Virus record (IMG/VR): IMGVR_UViG_3300017761_004426
Span: 1 to 33,377 of that record
DNA: 33,377 bases
DNA from: a virus
Taxonomy: Duplodnaviria > Caudoviricetes
Strand: one strand, 5' to 3'
Shown here: in pieces, positions 9,096 through 18,061 of the stretch
How the letters are laid out: each line of letters begins with the position of its first letter
Numbering within the stretch: position 1 is the first letter of the stretch
The notes under the pieces: generated by a model
Told to the model about the DNA's origin: nothing
Databases searched by the model: none
Seen by the model: only the letters and a program-made list of their open reading frames with translations
Made by a program: the position numbers and the translations under genes

Positions 9096-9160
9096 ACCGC
9101 CGAAAGCCAACGCCGAAGCCAATCATCAACCGCGACCCCGCGCAACTGACCACCCGATGA
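9092..9160 (+). CDS. 22-aa mini-ORF (MNRRKPTPKPIINRDPAQLTTR) bridging the portal stop and the head-gene start
   Basis: ATG 9092 overlaps the portal TGA; its own TGA 9158-9160 overlaps ATG 9157. Confidence 0.45.
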   Translation: MNRRKPTPKPIINRDPAQLTTR

Positions 9161-11355
9161 AGCCGCCCGATTACATCATCTCCGCCGCGAAGCGCGGGCT
9201 GGAATTGCTTGCCGATGGCTACGGCGGCGACGGGCTCACCGAAGGCACGAAAGACGCCGCGCGACGCATGGCCGCGGGCGAGGTGAGCGACGAGAAAATT
9301 GTGAAGGCGAACGCATGGGGGGCGCGGCACGCGGTCGACCTTGAAGCAGGAAAAAACAACAACGCCGACAACCCCGAATGGCCGGGGGCGGGGGCGGTTG
9401 CTCACTACCTTTGGGGGATTAACCCGCTCAACCCCTCACCCGCCCGCGAATGGTTCGCACGCCAAGCAGAGAAAATTCAAAACCCTAAAAAAATGAAATC
9501 ACCGACCACAACTCAATACCGCGCAGGCATGGCATCCACCGACGACTCGGGGCTGATGACGCTCTCTATTTGTTCAGACATCCCCTATCAACGCGGATCG
9601 ATGGAGGGCGACTATTACGAGGTGCTCGACCACTCGCCTGGGATGATGGATTACACCCGCCTAAGCAACGGTGCCGCCCTCCTCTTCAACCACGACCGCA
9701 ACATCCAAATCGGCACCGTGAGCAACCCGAAGATCGTTGATGGGCGCACCTACGTTGACGCCAAAATCTCAAGCGCGCCCGACGTCGCAAGCTACGCTCA
9801 ACGCATGAAGGAAGGGATTCTAAAGGACACGTCGATTGGTTACGAAATCATGGATGACGGCGAGCAGGTGGGAGAGATCGATGGCACCCCAGTCTTCAAG
9901 TTTAAGTTCCGCGTCCACGAGGCTTCGATGGTCACGATCCCCGCCGACACCACGGTTGGCATGGGACGCTTTCGCTCCTTGCAAGGCGATGAGGACAAGC
10001 AAGTTTCGTTCATCAAAAAACTGGGGGTTGCGAATGCAATTCCACAATCTCAATCTCAAATCAATCCACCTGCAATCAAATCAATCCCTACAAAACCTAA
10101 AATGGAAATCACCATCGACCCAACCAGCGAGCGCAATTTAGCGGTCGCCGAATTCAAAAGCCGTTGCAAAAAAATCGACGACTTCACCGCTTCCTTGAAG
10201 CACCCTCAGTGGCAGAAGGCCGCCGCTGAAATCGGCGCGAAGCACAAGACTGGCGAAGCCGACTTTGAAGCGTTCCGCCATGAAGCTCTCGACGCTTTTG
10301 AAGGTGTGACCCGCGTGAGCGCAGAAGACAAGGGAATCGGCATGAGCGCCCGCAACCTTGGCGACTACTCGCTCGTTCGCGCTCTTTCTGGCGCGGCTCA
10401 TGGCAAGCTGACGGGCCTCGAAAAAGAAGTTTCCGACACCGTCGCGAAATTGACGGGGCGCGAAACCCAAGGGTTCTTCATCCCGCAGGATGTGATGACA
10501 CACAAGCGCGCGCTCGCCTCCAACGTCTTCTCCGCCGCCGGTGCGCTTGTTGAAACTGGCTTCCAAGGGCAGTCGCTCATCGAACTCCTCCGGAACCAGA
10601 TGTACACCGTGGCGATGGGCGCGCGGACGATCAGCGGGTTGAAAGGCAACCTTTCGATTCCCTCGCAAACTGGCGGGGCGACGGCGTCTTGGCTCAGCGA
10701 AAACGCTACCATCGCCGAATCCAACCAGACCGTCGGACAGGTGAGCTTGACTCCTCATCGCCTCGCCGCCGCAACCGCCTTTACTTTCCAGTTGCTCGCT
10801 CAATCCACGCCTGACGTTGAGTCGTTTGTGCGCGAAGATTTGATGCGCGTGCTGGCGATCGCCAAGGATCTCGCGGCCACCTCTGGCACTGGCTACGCAG
10901 GCCAGCCGCTCGGCATTGCCAACACTCCCGGCTTGTCCACCTCGGTCACTTTGGCGGGCGCAAATTCAATGAACTACGCGAACGCGGTGCAGTTCGAAAC
11001 CAACGTTGCGACCAGCAACGCGCTTCTCGGAAAGCTCGGTTACCTAACCAGCGTTGCCACTCGCGGCAATGCCAAGCTCACCGCCGAAATCTCCGCCGCA
11101 AACTCCATCCCCGTGTGGAAAAACAACATCGTCAACGGCTACACCGCGATGGCGACGAACCAGCTGACCACGCTTCCTTCCGTGATCTTCGGCAACTTCG
11201 ACGATCTCATCATCGCCGACTGGGGGGCCGGTGGAAACGAAATCATCGTCGACCCTTACTCGCTCTCAATGCAAGGGCAGGTTCGGATCGTCATCCAACA
11301 CCTCACCGACGTCGCCGTTCGTCACGCTAAATCCTTCAGCGTGTCCTCCACCTAA
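9157..11355 (+). CDS. Fusion of accessory head domain, HK97-type prohead protease and major capsid protein
   Basis: N domain ARH...PGAGAVAHYLWG; protease LLFNHD, SIGYEI, EASMVTIPAD; capsid YSLVRAL, GFFIP, LIELLRN, LSIPSQT, FGNFDDLII, DVAVRHAKSF. Confidence 0.92.
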   Translation: MKPPDYIISAAKRGLELLADGYGGDGLTEGTKDAARRMAAGEVSDEKIVKANAWGARHAVDLEAGKNNNADNPEWPGAGAVAHYLWGINPLNPSPAREWFARQAEKIQNPKKMKSPTTTQYRAGMASTDDSGLMTLSICSDIPYQRGSMEGDYYEVLDHSPGMMDYTRLSNGAALLFNHDRNIQIGTVSNPKIVDGRTYVDAKISSAPDVASYAQRMKEGILKDTSIGYEIMDDGEQVGEIDGTPVFKFKFRVHEASMVTIPADTTVGMGRFRSLQGDEDKQVSFIKKLGVANAIPQSQSQINPPAIKSIPTKPKMEITIDPTSERNLAVAEFKSRCKKIDDFTASLKHPQWQKAAAEIGAKHKTGEADFEAFRHEALDAFEGVTRVSAEDKGIGMSARNLGDYSLVRALSGAAHGKLTGLEKEVSDTVAKLTGRETQGFFIPQDVMTHKRALASNVFSAAGALVETGFQGQSLIELLRNQMYTVAMGARTISGLKGNLSIPSQTGGATASWLSENATIAESNQTVGQVSLTPHRLAAATAFTFQLLAQSTPDVESFVREDLMRVLAIAKDLAATSGTGYAGQPLGIANTPGLSTSVTLAGANSMNYANAVQFETNVATSNALLGKLGYLTSVATRGNAKLTAEISAANSIPVWKNNIVNGYTAMATNQLTTLPSVIFGNFDDLIIADWGAGGNEIIVDPYSLSMQGQVRIVIQHLTDVAVRHAKSFSVSST
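10028..10056 (+). promoter_or_regulatory. Putative internal promoter TTGCGA-N17-CAATCT upstream of in-frame ATG 10102
   Basis: GGGTTGCGAA is identical to the motifs at 15650 and 22569; lies in the protease/capsid linker. Confidence 0.55.
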
Positions 11356-11392
11356 TCCGCAGACCAACCTTCAAAAATAGAACCATAATCCT

Positions 11393-11782
11393 ATGCCACA
11401 ATCACCCGACATCAACGGAGAGAATACGGTCATCGCCTTCCTCCCTCCCACCGCAATCACCGCCGCGACAACCACTTACGCAGGCGTTGACCTGCAAGCG
11501 TTCGTGGGCAATGTGCTCGTTACCCTTAATTGGGTGCGACCAAACGCCGCGGCTGGCACGCTCGCCTTGGCGATCCTCGACAGCGCGGACAACACAACCT
11601 TCACCGCCAACGCGTTGACGGGCATCATCTCTGACGTCACGACCGCGACAAGCGGGTGCGTCAAATGCGCGATCGACACCAAAGCCGTCAACCGCTACGT
11701 CCAGCCAAAGCTGACCTGCACCGGCACCACGGCAACGTGGACGGCATCTTTAGTGATTGCCGGATTGAAATCGATCGTCTAA
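11393..11782 (+). CDS. Putative head decoration (auxiliary capsid) protein
   Basis: 129 aa, Thr/Ala-rich, directly after the capsid gene; GVDL, DSADNTTF and RYV motifs typical of this position. Confidence 0.65.
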   Translation: MPQSPDINGENTVIAFLPPTAITAATTTYAGVDLQAFVGNVLVTLNWVRPNAAAGTLALAILDSADNTTFTANALTGIISDVTTATSGCVKCAIDTKAVNRYVQPKLTCTGTTATWTASLVIAGLKSIV

Positions 11783-11809
11783 ACCTCGGTTTGGTTATTT
11801 GTCATAACT

Positions 11810-11839
11810 GGCGCAGTGCCGAAAGGCACTGCGCCTTTT
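11810..11839 (+). terminator. Rho-independent terminator after the capsid and decoration genes
   Basis: Perfect 11-bp stem GGCGCAGTGCC-GAAA-GGCACTGCGCC followed by TTTT. Confidence 0.9.
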
Positions 11840-11883
11840 GCTTGCCATCATGCTTCCCTTGTGCGAGTAAATCGCTCCTCCCA

Positions 11884-13260
11884 ATGACCACCACCGAAGC
11901 GCGAAAAAAGAACCGAAAGAAGCTTGGCGAAGCTGAAAAATTCTCACGAGCTGACGACCGAAGCGGAGCGGAAAAGATCTGGCGAGCGCACCTAAAAGAC
12001 GCCCCCGAAGATGCCGACGTGCTTTTCAACGTTGGCGTGTGCATCCAACGCCGAGCGCAGGAATCCGCAGAACGCCATGAAGCCGCCACCTTTTTTGATC
12101 GCGTCGTTTCTTCGCCCGAAGCGACGATGGAGCGCAAAGCCGACGCGCTCAACAACCTCGGGTTGCTCATGGAATCCATTGGTGAAAGCGAAAAGGCAAT
12201 GGTGGCTTATGGCTTCGCGCTCAAGATGTGGCCCACCCACAAAACCGCGCGCGTCAACCTCGGCGATTCGCACCGGCACTTCGGCAATTTTCACCAAGCG
12301 GACGAGGAATTTAGGGTCGTGCTCAGCCAAGACGAAGCTTCACCCGACGCTCACTTTTGCGCTGGGATGATCGCGCTTTTATTGGGTGACTACAAACGCG
12401 GGTGGGAGGAATACCGATGGCGGGTGAAGGTGCCAAACTACCAGACAAAACCTTTCATCACCGACAAGCCGAAGTGGCAAGGCGAACCGCTTGACGCCAA
12501 GACAATCATCCTCACCGAAGAGCAGGGGTTCGGGGACTCGTTTCAATTTTTGCGATACGCCCGATGGTTTAAGGCGCAGGGGGCGCGCGTGGTTTTTCGC
12601 GCTCAGCCTGCACTCCACCGCATCGCCGAAGGCTTCGACGGCATCGACGAGATTTGTCACCTCGGCCACGAACCCACCTTCGACTTCCACCTTCCGCTAA
12701 TGGACGCCCCCCACTTCGCCGAGACGACATTAGCAACCATCCCCACAGCCCATTGTTTGCGCATAATGCCACGCTGGGAGCGTTATTCGTTGCAGACGAG
12801 TAATCTACTTAGGCGGCGCATCGGCATCGTGTGGGCGGGCTCACCCGCTCACGGCAAAGATAATGCGCGATCGATCCCCGCCGAAGCCTTCCAGGCGATG
12901 ATCGACGCCAACCCGCTTCACGATTTTTACTCTCTTCAAGCAGGCCCGAAGCAACCCGAGATTCAGAACCTCCGCGGCATCACGAAAGATCTTTCGCTCG
13001 GCATCAAAGACTGGACGACGACCGCGCAAATTCTCTCGTGCCTTGACCTCCTCATAAGCGTCGACACCGCGTGCGTTCACCTCGCCGGGGCACTCGGTCG
13101 CCCCGTGTGGATGCTCACCCCTTACTCCCCCGATTGGCGGTGGCTACTCGCCCGCACAGATTCGCCGTGGTATCCACGCCTTCGCCTCTTTCGACAACCC
13201 GCCGCAGACGACTGGCAAACCCCGATCAAACAAATCTCCGATGCACTACAGGCTTTATAA
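11884..13260 (+). CDS. TPR-repeat protein fused to a GT9-like glycosyltransferase
   Basis: TPR helices (VLFNVG, ALNNLG, ARVNLG); EQGFGDSFQFLRY, IGIVWAGSP, FYSLQ, LDLLISVDTACVHLAGALG, DWRW, SPWYP..RLFRQ. Confidence 0.92.
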   Translation: MTTTEARKKNRKKLGEAEKFSRADDRSGAEKIWRAHLKDAPEDADVLFNVGVCIQRRAQESAERHEAATFFDRVVSSPEATMERKADALNNLGLLMESIGESEKAMVAYGFALKMWPTHKTARVNLGDSHRHFGNFHQADEEFRVVLSQDEASPDAHFCAGMIALLLGDYKRGWEEYRWRVKVPNYQTKPFITDKPKWQGEPLDAKTIILTEEQGFGDSFQFLRYARWFKAQGARVVFRAQPALHRIAEGFDGIDEICHLGHEPTFDFHLPLMDAPHFAETTLATIPTAHCLRIMPRWERYSLQTSNLLRRRIGIVWAGSPAHGKDNARSIPAEAFQAMIDANPLHDFYSLQAGPKQPEIQNLRGITKDLSLGIKDWTTTAQILSCLDLLISVDTACVHLAGALGRPVWMLTPYSPDWRWLLARTDSPWYPRLRLFRQPAADDWQTPIKQISDALQAL

Positions 13261-13840
13261 CTTCCTCCTCCAACGCGCCGCGGCTGACATCTACCCTGAA
13301 CCACCTTCGTCCATCCATTCGCAAATCACCGGGCAGATGGCCCCGCTTTTCGTCGCTACCCTACCCAAAAACGCGCAGATTCTCGACATAGGGTGTGGGC
13401 AAGGGGGAGCGTTGCAACTCTTCGCTGTGCTACGTTGTGACGCCGTTGGAATTGGCATCGGCGACGAAGACTTAGAAGCGTGCCGAGCGAAGAATCTCAA
13501 CGTTTTCAAGATGGATCAGAACGAAATGAGTTTCCCCGAAAACTACTTCGATGGCGTTTGGGCGCGGCACGTTCTCGAGCACTCGCTCGCCCCGCTCTTT
13601 ACGCTCACCGAAATCGCTCGCGTGCTCAGGCCAAAGGGCAGGCTCTACGCTGAGATGCCCGCCCCAAACACATCATGCCGCCACGAATCCAACCCCAACC
13701 ACTACTCAGTCTTCGGGAGTGAAGCGTGGGCGGAGTTGCTTTTCAAGGCAGGGTTCGACGATGTGCAGATGGTCAGCATCCCGCTCGAAACTGGCGCAGG
13801 AGCAGACGAGTATTACGCGTTCACCGCTACCAAATTATGA
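13241..13840 (+). CDS. Class I SAM-dependent methyltransferase (small-molecule or sugar type)
   Basis: ILDIGCGQG, FDGVWARHVLEH, RVLRPKG. Confidence 0.9.
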   Translation: MHYRLYNFLLQRAAADIYPEPPSSIHSQITGQMAPLFVATLPKNAQILDIGCGQGGALQLFAVLRCDAVGIGIGDEDLEACRAKNLNVFKMDQNEMSFPENYFDGVWARHVLEHSLAPLFTLTEIARVLRPKGRLYAEMPAPNTSCRHESNPNHYSVFGSEAWAELLFKAGFDDVQMVSIPLETGAGADEYYAFTATKL

Positions 13841-14856
13841 TCAAGATTTTCTACGCGGGCCAACCGGGACAAGGCTTCGGATGGGGGGTGGCAAATCATT
13901 ATTTGCGCACCGAGATTGCTCGCCTCACTCCCCTTGTCGATATCCCAGAGAAAGCCGACGTGGTTGTAATGCCACTCGCAAACCACGACCTCGACCCAGC
14001 AACCCGAGAGCGCGCGCGAATCAACCTCGCCATCACGTTTTTTGAGTCGCAACTAGGGGAGCGAGCAAGGGAAAACGCCCACCGATACAACGCTGTTTTT
14101 GCGGGCTCTTCGTGGTGCGTTGCTCGCCTTGCCGAGCGTGATATTCACAACACCTCTCCGCTCATTCAAGGGGTTGATCGGCGAGTTTTCAAATGGGCAC
14201 TTCCTCGCCCACGTGACGGGCACTTCCGCATCTTCAGCGGCGGGAAATTTGAGTGGCGGAAAGGGCACGACCTCGTGATCGCCGCCTTCCGTCGCCTCAT
14301 CGAAACTCACCCCACCGCGCACCTTGTTTGCGCATGGCACAACCCGTGGCCCGGCTTATTCGCGACCATGGCAAACTCTCCGCATATCGACACCGCCGCG
14401 AACGGCGGGACGCAAGAGCAATTCTTCGCAAACCTCCTCCTCATCAACGGCATCCCGCTCCACCGCTTCACCATCCTTCCGCAACTCACCCACGGGCAAC
14501 TCGCCGCCGAAATGAGCGCAACCGACTGCGGGCTTTTCCCCAACCGATGCGAAGGCGGGACGAATTTGGTGGCGATGGAATACGCATCAATCGGCAGGCC
14601 GATCGTCGCCAATGTGCTCACAGGGCACGCCGATATCCGCGACGCGATCACTCACAAAATCTTCGCCACCGAGGATTCGATGGGGTGGGCGGTGCAGACC
14701 ATCGAAGAAATCCACGCGAAGCTCGTCACCGCCGCGTCGGTGGAGCCAACGCCGATCCTCACCGCCCCCGTCTGGGAGTGGTCAACTGCCGCGCGCAAGA
14801 TCGTTGAAACCGCGCAGGCAATTGACCTTCAAACGTGGCGCTGGCACAATCTCTAA
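13837..14856 (+). CDS. GT-B (GT4-like) glycosyltransferase
   Basis: GFGWGV, QGVD, GKFEWRKGHD, FPNRCEGGTNLVAME (EX7-8E-type motif); ATGA overlap with the methyltransferase. Confidence 0.9.
   Translation: MIKIFYAGQPGQGFGWGVANHYLRTEIARLTPLVDIPEKADVVVMPLANHDLDPATRERARINLAITFFESQLGERARENAHRYNAVFAGSSWCVARLAERDIHNTSPLIQGVDRRVFKWALPRPRDGHFRIFSGGKFEWRKGHDLVIAAFRRLIETHPTAHLVCAWHNPWPGLFATMANSPHIDTAANGGTQEQFFANLLLINGIPLHRFTILPQLTHGQLAAEMSATDCGLFPNRCEGGTNLVAMEYASIGRPIVANVLTGHADIRDAITHKIFATEDSMGWAVQTIEEIHAKLVTAASVEPTPILTAPVWEWSTAARKIVETAQAIDLQTWRWHNL
14822..14850 (+). promoter_or_regulatory. Putative promoter TTGACC-N17-CACAAT
   Basis: Sigma70-like elements with 17-nt spacing; ATG 14859 shortly downstream. 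Confidence 0.5.
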
Positions 14857-14858
14857 CG

Positions 14859-15179
14859 ATGAGCAATTTCACAGACGCATGGACGGAGCTTTATAACGCG
14901 CAGACCGAAGCGACAGGCATCGCCTACGTTGCCACGGTCAATCTAATTACGGGCCCGTGCATCCTCTCGACCATCGCCCTCCGCTCCAAACTCTCGCTCT
15001 CATCCTTCACCCAAGATGGGGCCGTGCCTTTCCAAATGCTCGCCTCGACATTCCCCAATGGCGAACCGCCTGCACAATGCGCAATTGAGTTGCTCGGGCT
15101 CCCCAACCTCTACCTCTACGACCTCGACGTTAACAACGGCGTCTACTACATGACCGCCCAAGACCGCACTCAAAAATGA
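14859..15179 (+). CDS. Putative head closure or adaptor protein
   Basis: 106 aa, beta-rich, first gene of the neck region; assigned by synteny only. Confidence 0.5.
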   Translation: MSNFTDAWTELYNAQTEATGIAYVATVNLITGPCILSTIALRSKLSLSSFTQDGAVPFQMLASTFPNGEPPAQCAIELLGLPNLYLYDLDVNNGVYYMTAQDRTQK

Positions 15180-15643
15180 CACTTGAAGCCGCCGTTGAAT
15201 CTGCTTTTTCCGCCGTCCTGCGCCTCTATCAGACCGAGCTTGCCGAGGTGCGAATCAACCTTGCTTCCTCTGGCCTCTCGCAGACCGAAGTTGCCAGCGA
15301 CACGCTCCCCGTCGAATACCAACCGATGCCATGCATCACGCTGACGGCGACGAGCGGGGAGGAGTTGGTGAGACGCTCAGGAGCCTACGCGGTGACGCTC
15401 GAAATCCGCGCGGAAACAAGCGCCGTGCCCGCCGAGGGGGCGATGAGCCTTGACGACCTCTACACCTACGCCACGCGCCCGCTACGCTACGATGTGCCAT
15501 CGTTCACAAGCGTAATGGATACCGCGCAAGCCGCTTTGCGAATGCACGGAATCAATCGTCGCCAATCCTCATTCGATCAGGAAGCAGGAGATGCTTTTTA
15601 CGCGCGCACAATGACGGTCGAAATCATCTGCGCGCTTCGCTGA
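15176..15643 (+). CDS. Putative tail terminator or completion protein
   Basis: 155 aa; PCITL...YAVTLEI pattern; synteny. Confidence 0.5.
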   Translation: MTLEAAVESAFSAVLRLYQTELAEVRINLASSGLSQTEVASDTLPVEYQPMPCITLTATSGEELVRRSGAYAVTLEIRAETSAVPAEGAMSLDDLYTYATRPLRYDVPSFTSVMDTAQAALRMHGINRRQSSFDQEAGDAFYARTMTVEIICALR

Positions 15644-15652
15644 TTCTGTGGG

Positions 15653-15681
15653 TTGCGAATAGCTGGCTCCCCTCCCAATAT
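15653..15681 (+). promoter_or_regulatory. Putative promoter TTGCGA-N17-CAATAT
   Basis: Intergenic; ATG at 15690. Confidence 0.6.
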
Positions 15682-15689
15682 CGGGAGAC

Positions 15690-15914
15690 ATGAGCGAGCA
15701 AATTGACGAAGCAACAAGGGCGGAACTCGAAGCAGATATTGCGATGCGCACGGCGTTCATCGCCACGCTCCCCGAAGGATCCTTTGCTTTAGTGGCTTAT
15801 TCAGAGGGGCTTGCAACGCGCATAGCTCAGCTTGCCTCGCTTCTCCCACCTCCGCCCAAACCCAAGGCAGTTCTCACGCCTCTTTCTCCTCTCGACCCGC
15901 AACCAACCATCTAA
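15690..15914 (+). CDS. Hypothetical protein with a Pro-rich tail
   Basis: 74-aa ORF filling the gap; GGGAG upstream. Confidence 0.6.
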   Translation: MSEQIDEATRAELEADIAMRTAFIATLPEGSFALVAYSEGLATRIAQLASLLPPPPKPKAVLTPLSPLDPQPTI

Positions 15915-15917
15915 TCT

Positions 15918-16331
15918 ATGGCCGCAATTACCATTACACCCGCATCCCTTGTCCCATCCGCAAACGCGATCCGTTTTAACGGCGTCGCTGCTGAAACCAT
16001 TACCCAGGGCCAGGCGCTTTACCAGCTCGCCGCAGGCACTTTCGGCAAGTGCGATAACAACCTTTCACTCATCGCCGCGACGTTTGTTGGCATCGCTGAA
16101 AGCGCAGGATCCGCCGGGCAAACCATCTCAATCCTTCGAAGCGACACCGCCCTTGTGCTCGGCGGAACGCTCGTCACCGGCACCGCCGTCTGCACGTCGC
16201 CGACCGCCGGGGGGCTTACCATTACGCCCGCCGACAACACCACGGGAAGCTTCGTCACCGTCATTGGCATGGCGACATCAGCCACCACCCTAAACTTCGG
16301 TTCCGGCTTCCTCTCATCCACCGCAATTTAA
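15918..16331 (+). CDS. Putative virion cement/decoration protein (DUF2190-like)
   Basis: AAETITQGQALY...FVGIA...AGQTISI pattern; Thr/Ala/Gly-rich. Confidence 0.55.
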   Translation: MAAITITPASLVPSANAIRFNGVAAETITQGQALYQLAAGTFGKCDNNLSLIAATFVGIAESAGSAGQTISILRSDTALVLGGTLVTGTAVCTSPTAGGLTITPADNTTGSFVTVIGMATSATTLNFGSGFLSSTAI

Positions 16332-16343
16332 TCCACCTACCCT

Positions 16344-16769
16344 ATGCCATCCGTCACTCTTATCGGCACCGCTGGAGCCGCTTACGCATTACCAGCCGAA
16401 GAGCTTTTCGTGGACGCCGAAAGCGTCTCGCTCGACATCTCACCCCAATTCATCAAAGAGAAAAATAACGCTTTCGGCATTGTCAACGGCGTTGCTTACG
16501 GGCCGATGGAACTCAGCCTTTCCATCAGCGGAAAGACGAAAGTGAAGAGCGTTACCGCCCCCTATACGGGCTCGTGTTTGCTCTCCGTGCTTGGTACCGC
16601 GTTCGTTCCTCAGACGACTTACACGACCCTCTCCGCTGGCACTCCGATCACCGCGATCTTCGGCGCTCCGACTACCGGCCTTTACCTTGAAAAAGCCTCT
16701 CTAACCTACGGCGAAGGTGACTTCGTCAGCTTCGCCGCTGACTACAAAGCGCGCGGCGGAATCACCTAA
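16344..16769 (+). CDS. Putative major tail tube protein
   Basis: 141 aa, beta-rich (ELSLSISG), upstream of chaperone and tape measure. Confidence 0.5.
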   Translation: MPSVTLIGTAGAAYALPAEELFVDAESVSLDISPQFIKEKNNAFGIVNGVAYGPMELSLSISGKTKVKSVTAPYTGSCLLSVLGTAFVPQTTYTTLSAGTPITAIFGAPTTGLYLEKASLTYGEGDFVSFAADYKARGGIT

Positions 16770-16823
16770 GCAACCATCCCGAAACAAACAGGAGCGGGCA
16801 CCTGAAAACCGCACAGAAACTCC

Positions 16824-17405
16824 ATGGAAACAGGCACGAACAACGTCCCAATCGAGTCGCAAATTTTTCGTTGCGACAATCTCTCACTCGCCATCGCTCT
16901 CTCCGCGATGGGTTGCAAATTCGCTCAATCAGACGGGCGCACGCTGGCAGGGCTCAACCAATACACGCTCGGCTTTATTCGTGGGCAAATCGACCCAAAA
17001 ACAGGCGAGCCACGGGCAAAGGGAATGACTCACGAAGACGCAATCAGGCTGATCTGGAAGCAAGGCATTCCTGGCAATGTCATCTACTTTTTCGAGCGGT
17101 GCGAGGTGCTCACCGCGTTCTGTTTAGGGTGGGATGAGCAAGGGCAGACCGGTATCAAAGACGAGGTGCCAATTGCCACCGAAGCGAAGGACGCCGGGCG
17201 CATTGCTCGCCGCTTGGCACAGACCCGAGCGGAGTTTATTGGCGACAAATACACCACCGCTCTTTGGCGTCGGCGAGACGAGGACGGCAATCTTTTCATC
17301 CCCGCCATCGCTCACAATATCGGCACGTCTTCCACCGAACCAACGGGCGACAAATCAACCCGCACAACCATCCGCGGCGCGTCGCTTCGCGCCGTTAAAA
17401 TCTAA
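16824..17405 (+). CDS. Hypothetical protein in the tail module
   Basis: 193-aa ATG ORF packed in the operon. Confidence 0.65.
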   Translation: METGTNNVPIESQIFRCDNLSLAIALSAMGCKFAQSDGRTLAGLNQYTLGFIRGQIDPKTGEPRAKGMTHEDAIRLIWKQGIPGNVIYFFERCEVLTAFCLGWDEQGQTGIKDEVPIATEAKDAGRIARRLAQTRAEFIGDKYTTALWRRRDEDGNLFIPAIAHNIGTSSTEPTGDKSTRTTIRGASLRAVKI

Positions 17406-17408
17406 TTT

Positions 17409-17840
17409 ATGGAAACCGAACTACCAACCGCCCCGCCCGAAGCCGAAGCCGAATTTGGAAAAGTCTACCACTTCGGCAAACGTCAACTTTTCCCCTTCAG
17501 CTTCGCCCGGCAGACCGCCTTCCAGCGTCTCGACGTCGGCTCATCCTCACCACTCGAAAGCGCGACGATGGTCGTTTACCTTTGCCACCAATCACCCCGC
17601 GCGATCGACCGCGCACGGGGCGAGGAGGGGTGCAGGGCGTTTCGCCTCGCGTGTGCGGAGTGGGCAGACGCTCAGAAGATTGGCGTCAACTACCGAGACG
17701 CGGAGGGCGTTATTCGTGGCTCAGTCGCAGGCGACGCGATCAAAAAAATTGCTGATGAGATCTGGACAGACATTGCATCAGCGACGAGCGAACCGAACCT
17801 ACCTGACAGCGACTGGGCACCCGCAAACCCAAACGCCTAA
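17409..17840 (+). CDS. Tail assembly chaperone (gpG-like)
   Basis: Position before the tape measure; ends with slippery heptamer C CCA AAC. Confidence 0.7.
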   Translation: METELPTAPPEAEAEFGKVYHFGKRQLFPFSFARQTAFQRLDVGSSSPLESATMVVYLCHQSPRAIDRARGEEGCRAFRLACAEWADAQKIGVNYRDAEGVIRGSVAGDAIKKIADEIWTDIASATSEPNLPDSDWAPANPNA

Positions 17841-18061
17841 CGCCGAGCCGCGAAGCCGCTTTCGTGGCTCGCGTTTCGGCTGTCCTTCATGGTAGTCTTT
17901 CCCCGCATGAAATCCTCTGGCAACTTAGCTACGCCGACGGGCTTAACTACGTTACCGCGTGGTGGGAGCTCTATTATGAGCGATGCGCTGGGGGCACGAT
18001 TTACCACGGGGTGGATTGCAGGCGGGTGCGCCTGGAGAGCGAAGGAGGGGAATTGATATGA
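17828..18061 (+). CDS. -1 frameshift extension of the tail chaperone (gpGT-like)
   Basis: CCCAAAC at 17828-17834 is in the correct phase; -1 frame is open to TGA 18061 (LTPSREAAFVARV...EILWQLSY). Confidence 0.7.
   Translation, partial: PKRLTPSREAAFVARVSAVLHGSLSPHEILWQLSYADGLNYVTAWWELYYERCAGGTIYHGVDCRRVRLESEGGELI

Noticed and set aside
8998-9156. Basic N-terminal extension of the head ORF
   Set aside because: Alternate-frame reading of the portal's GAR/GAY acidic tract; ATG 9157 is the better start
11656-11883. Upstream extension of the TPR-GT ORF
   Set aside because: Runs through the decoration gene and its terminator; ATG 11884 is preferred
13241-13840. Possible DNA methyltransferase
   Set aside because: No PC or (D/N)PPY catalytic motif; HVLEH indicates a small-molecule or sugar methyltransferase
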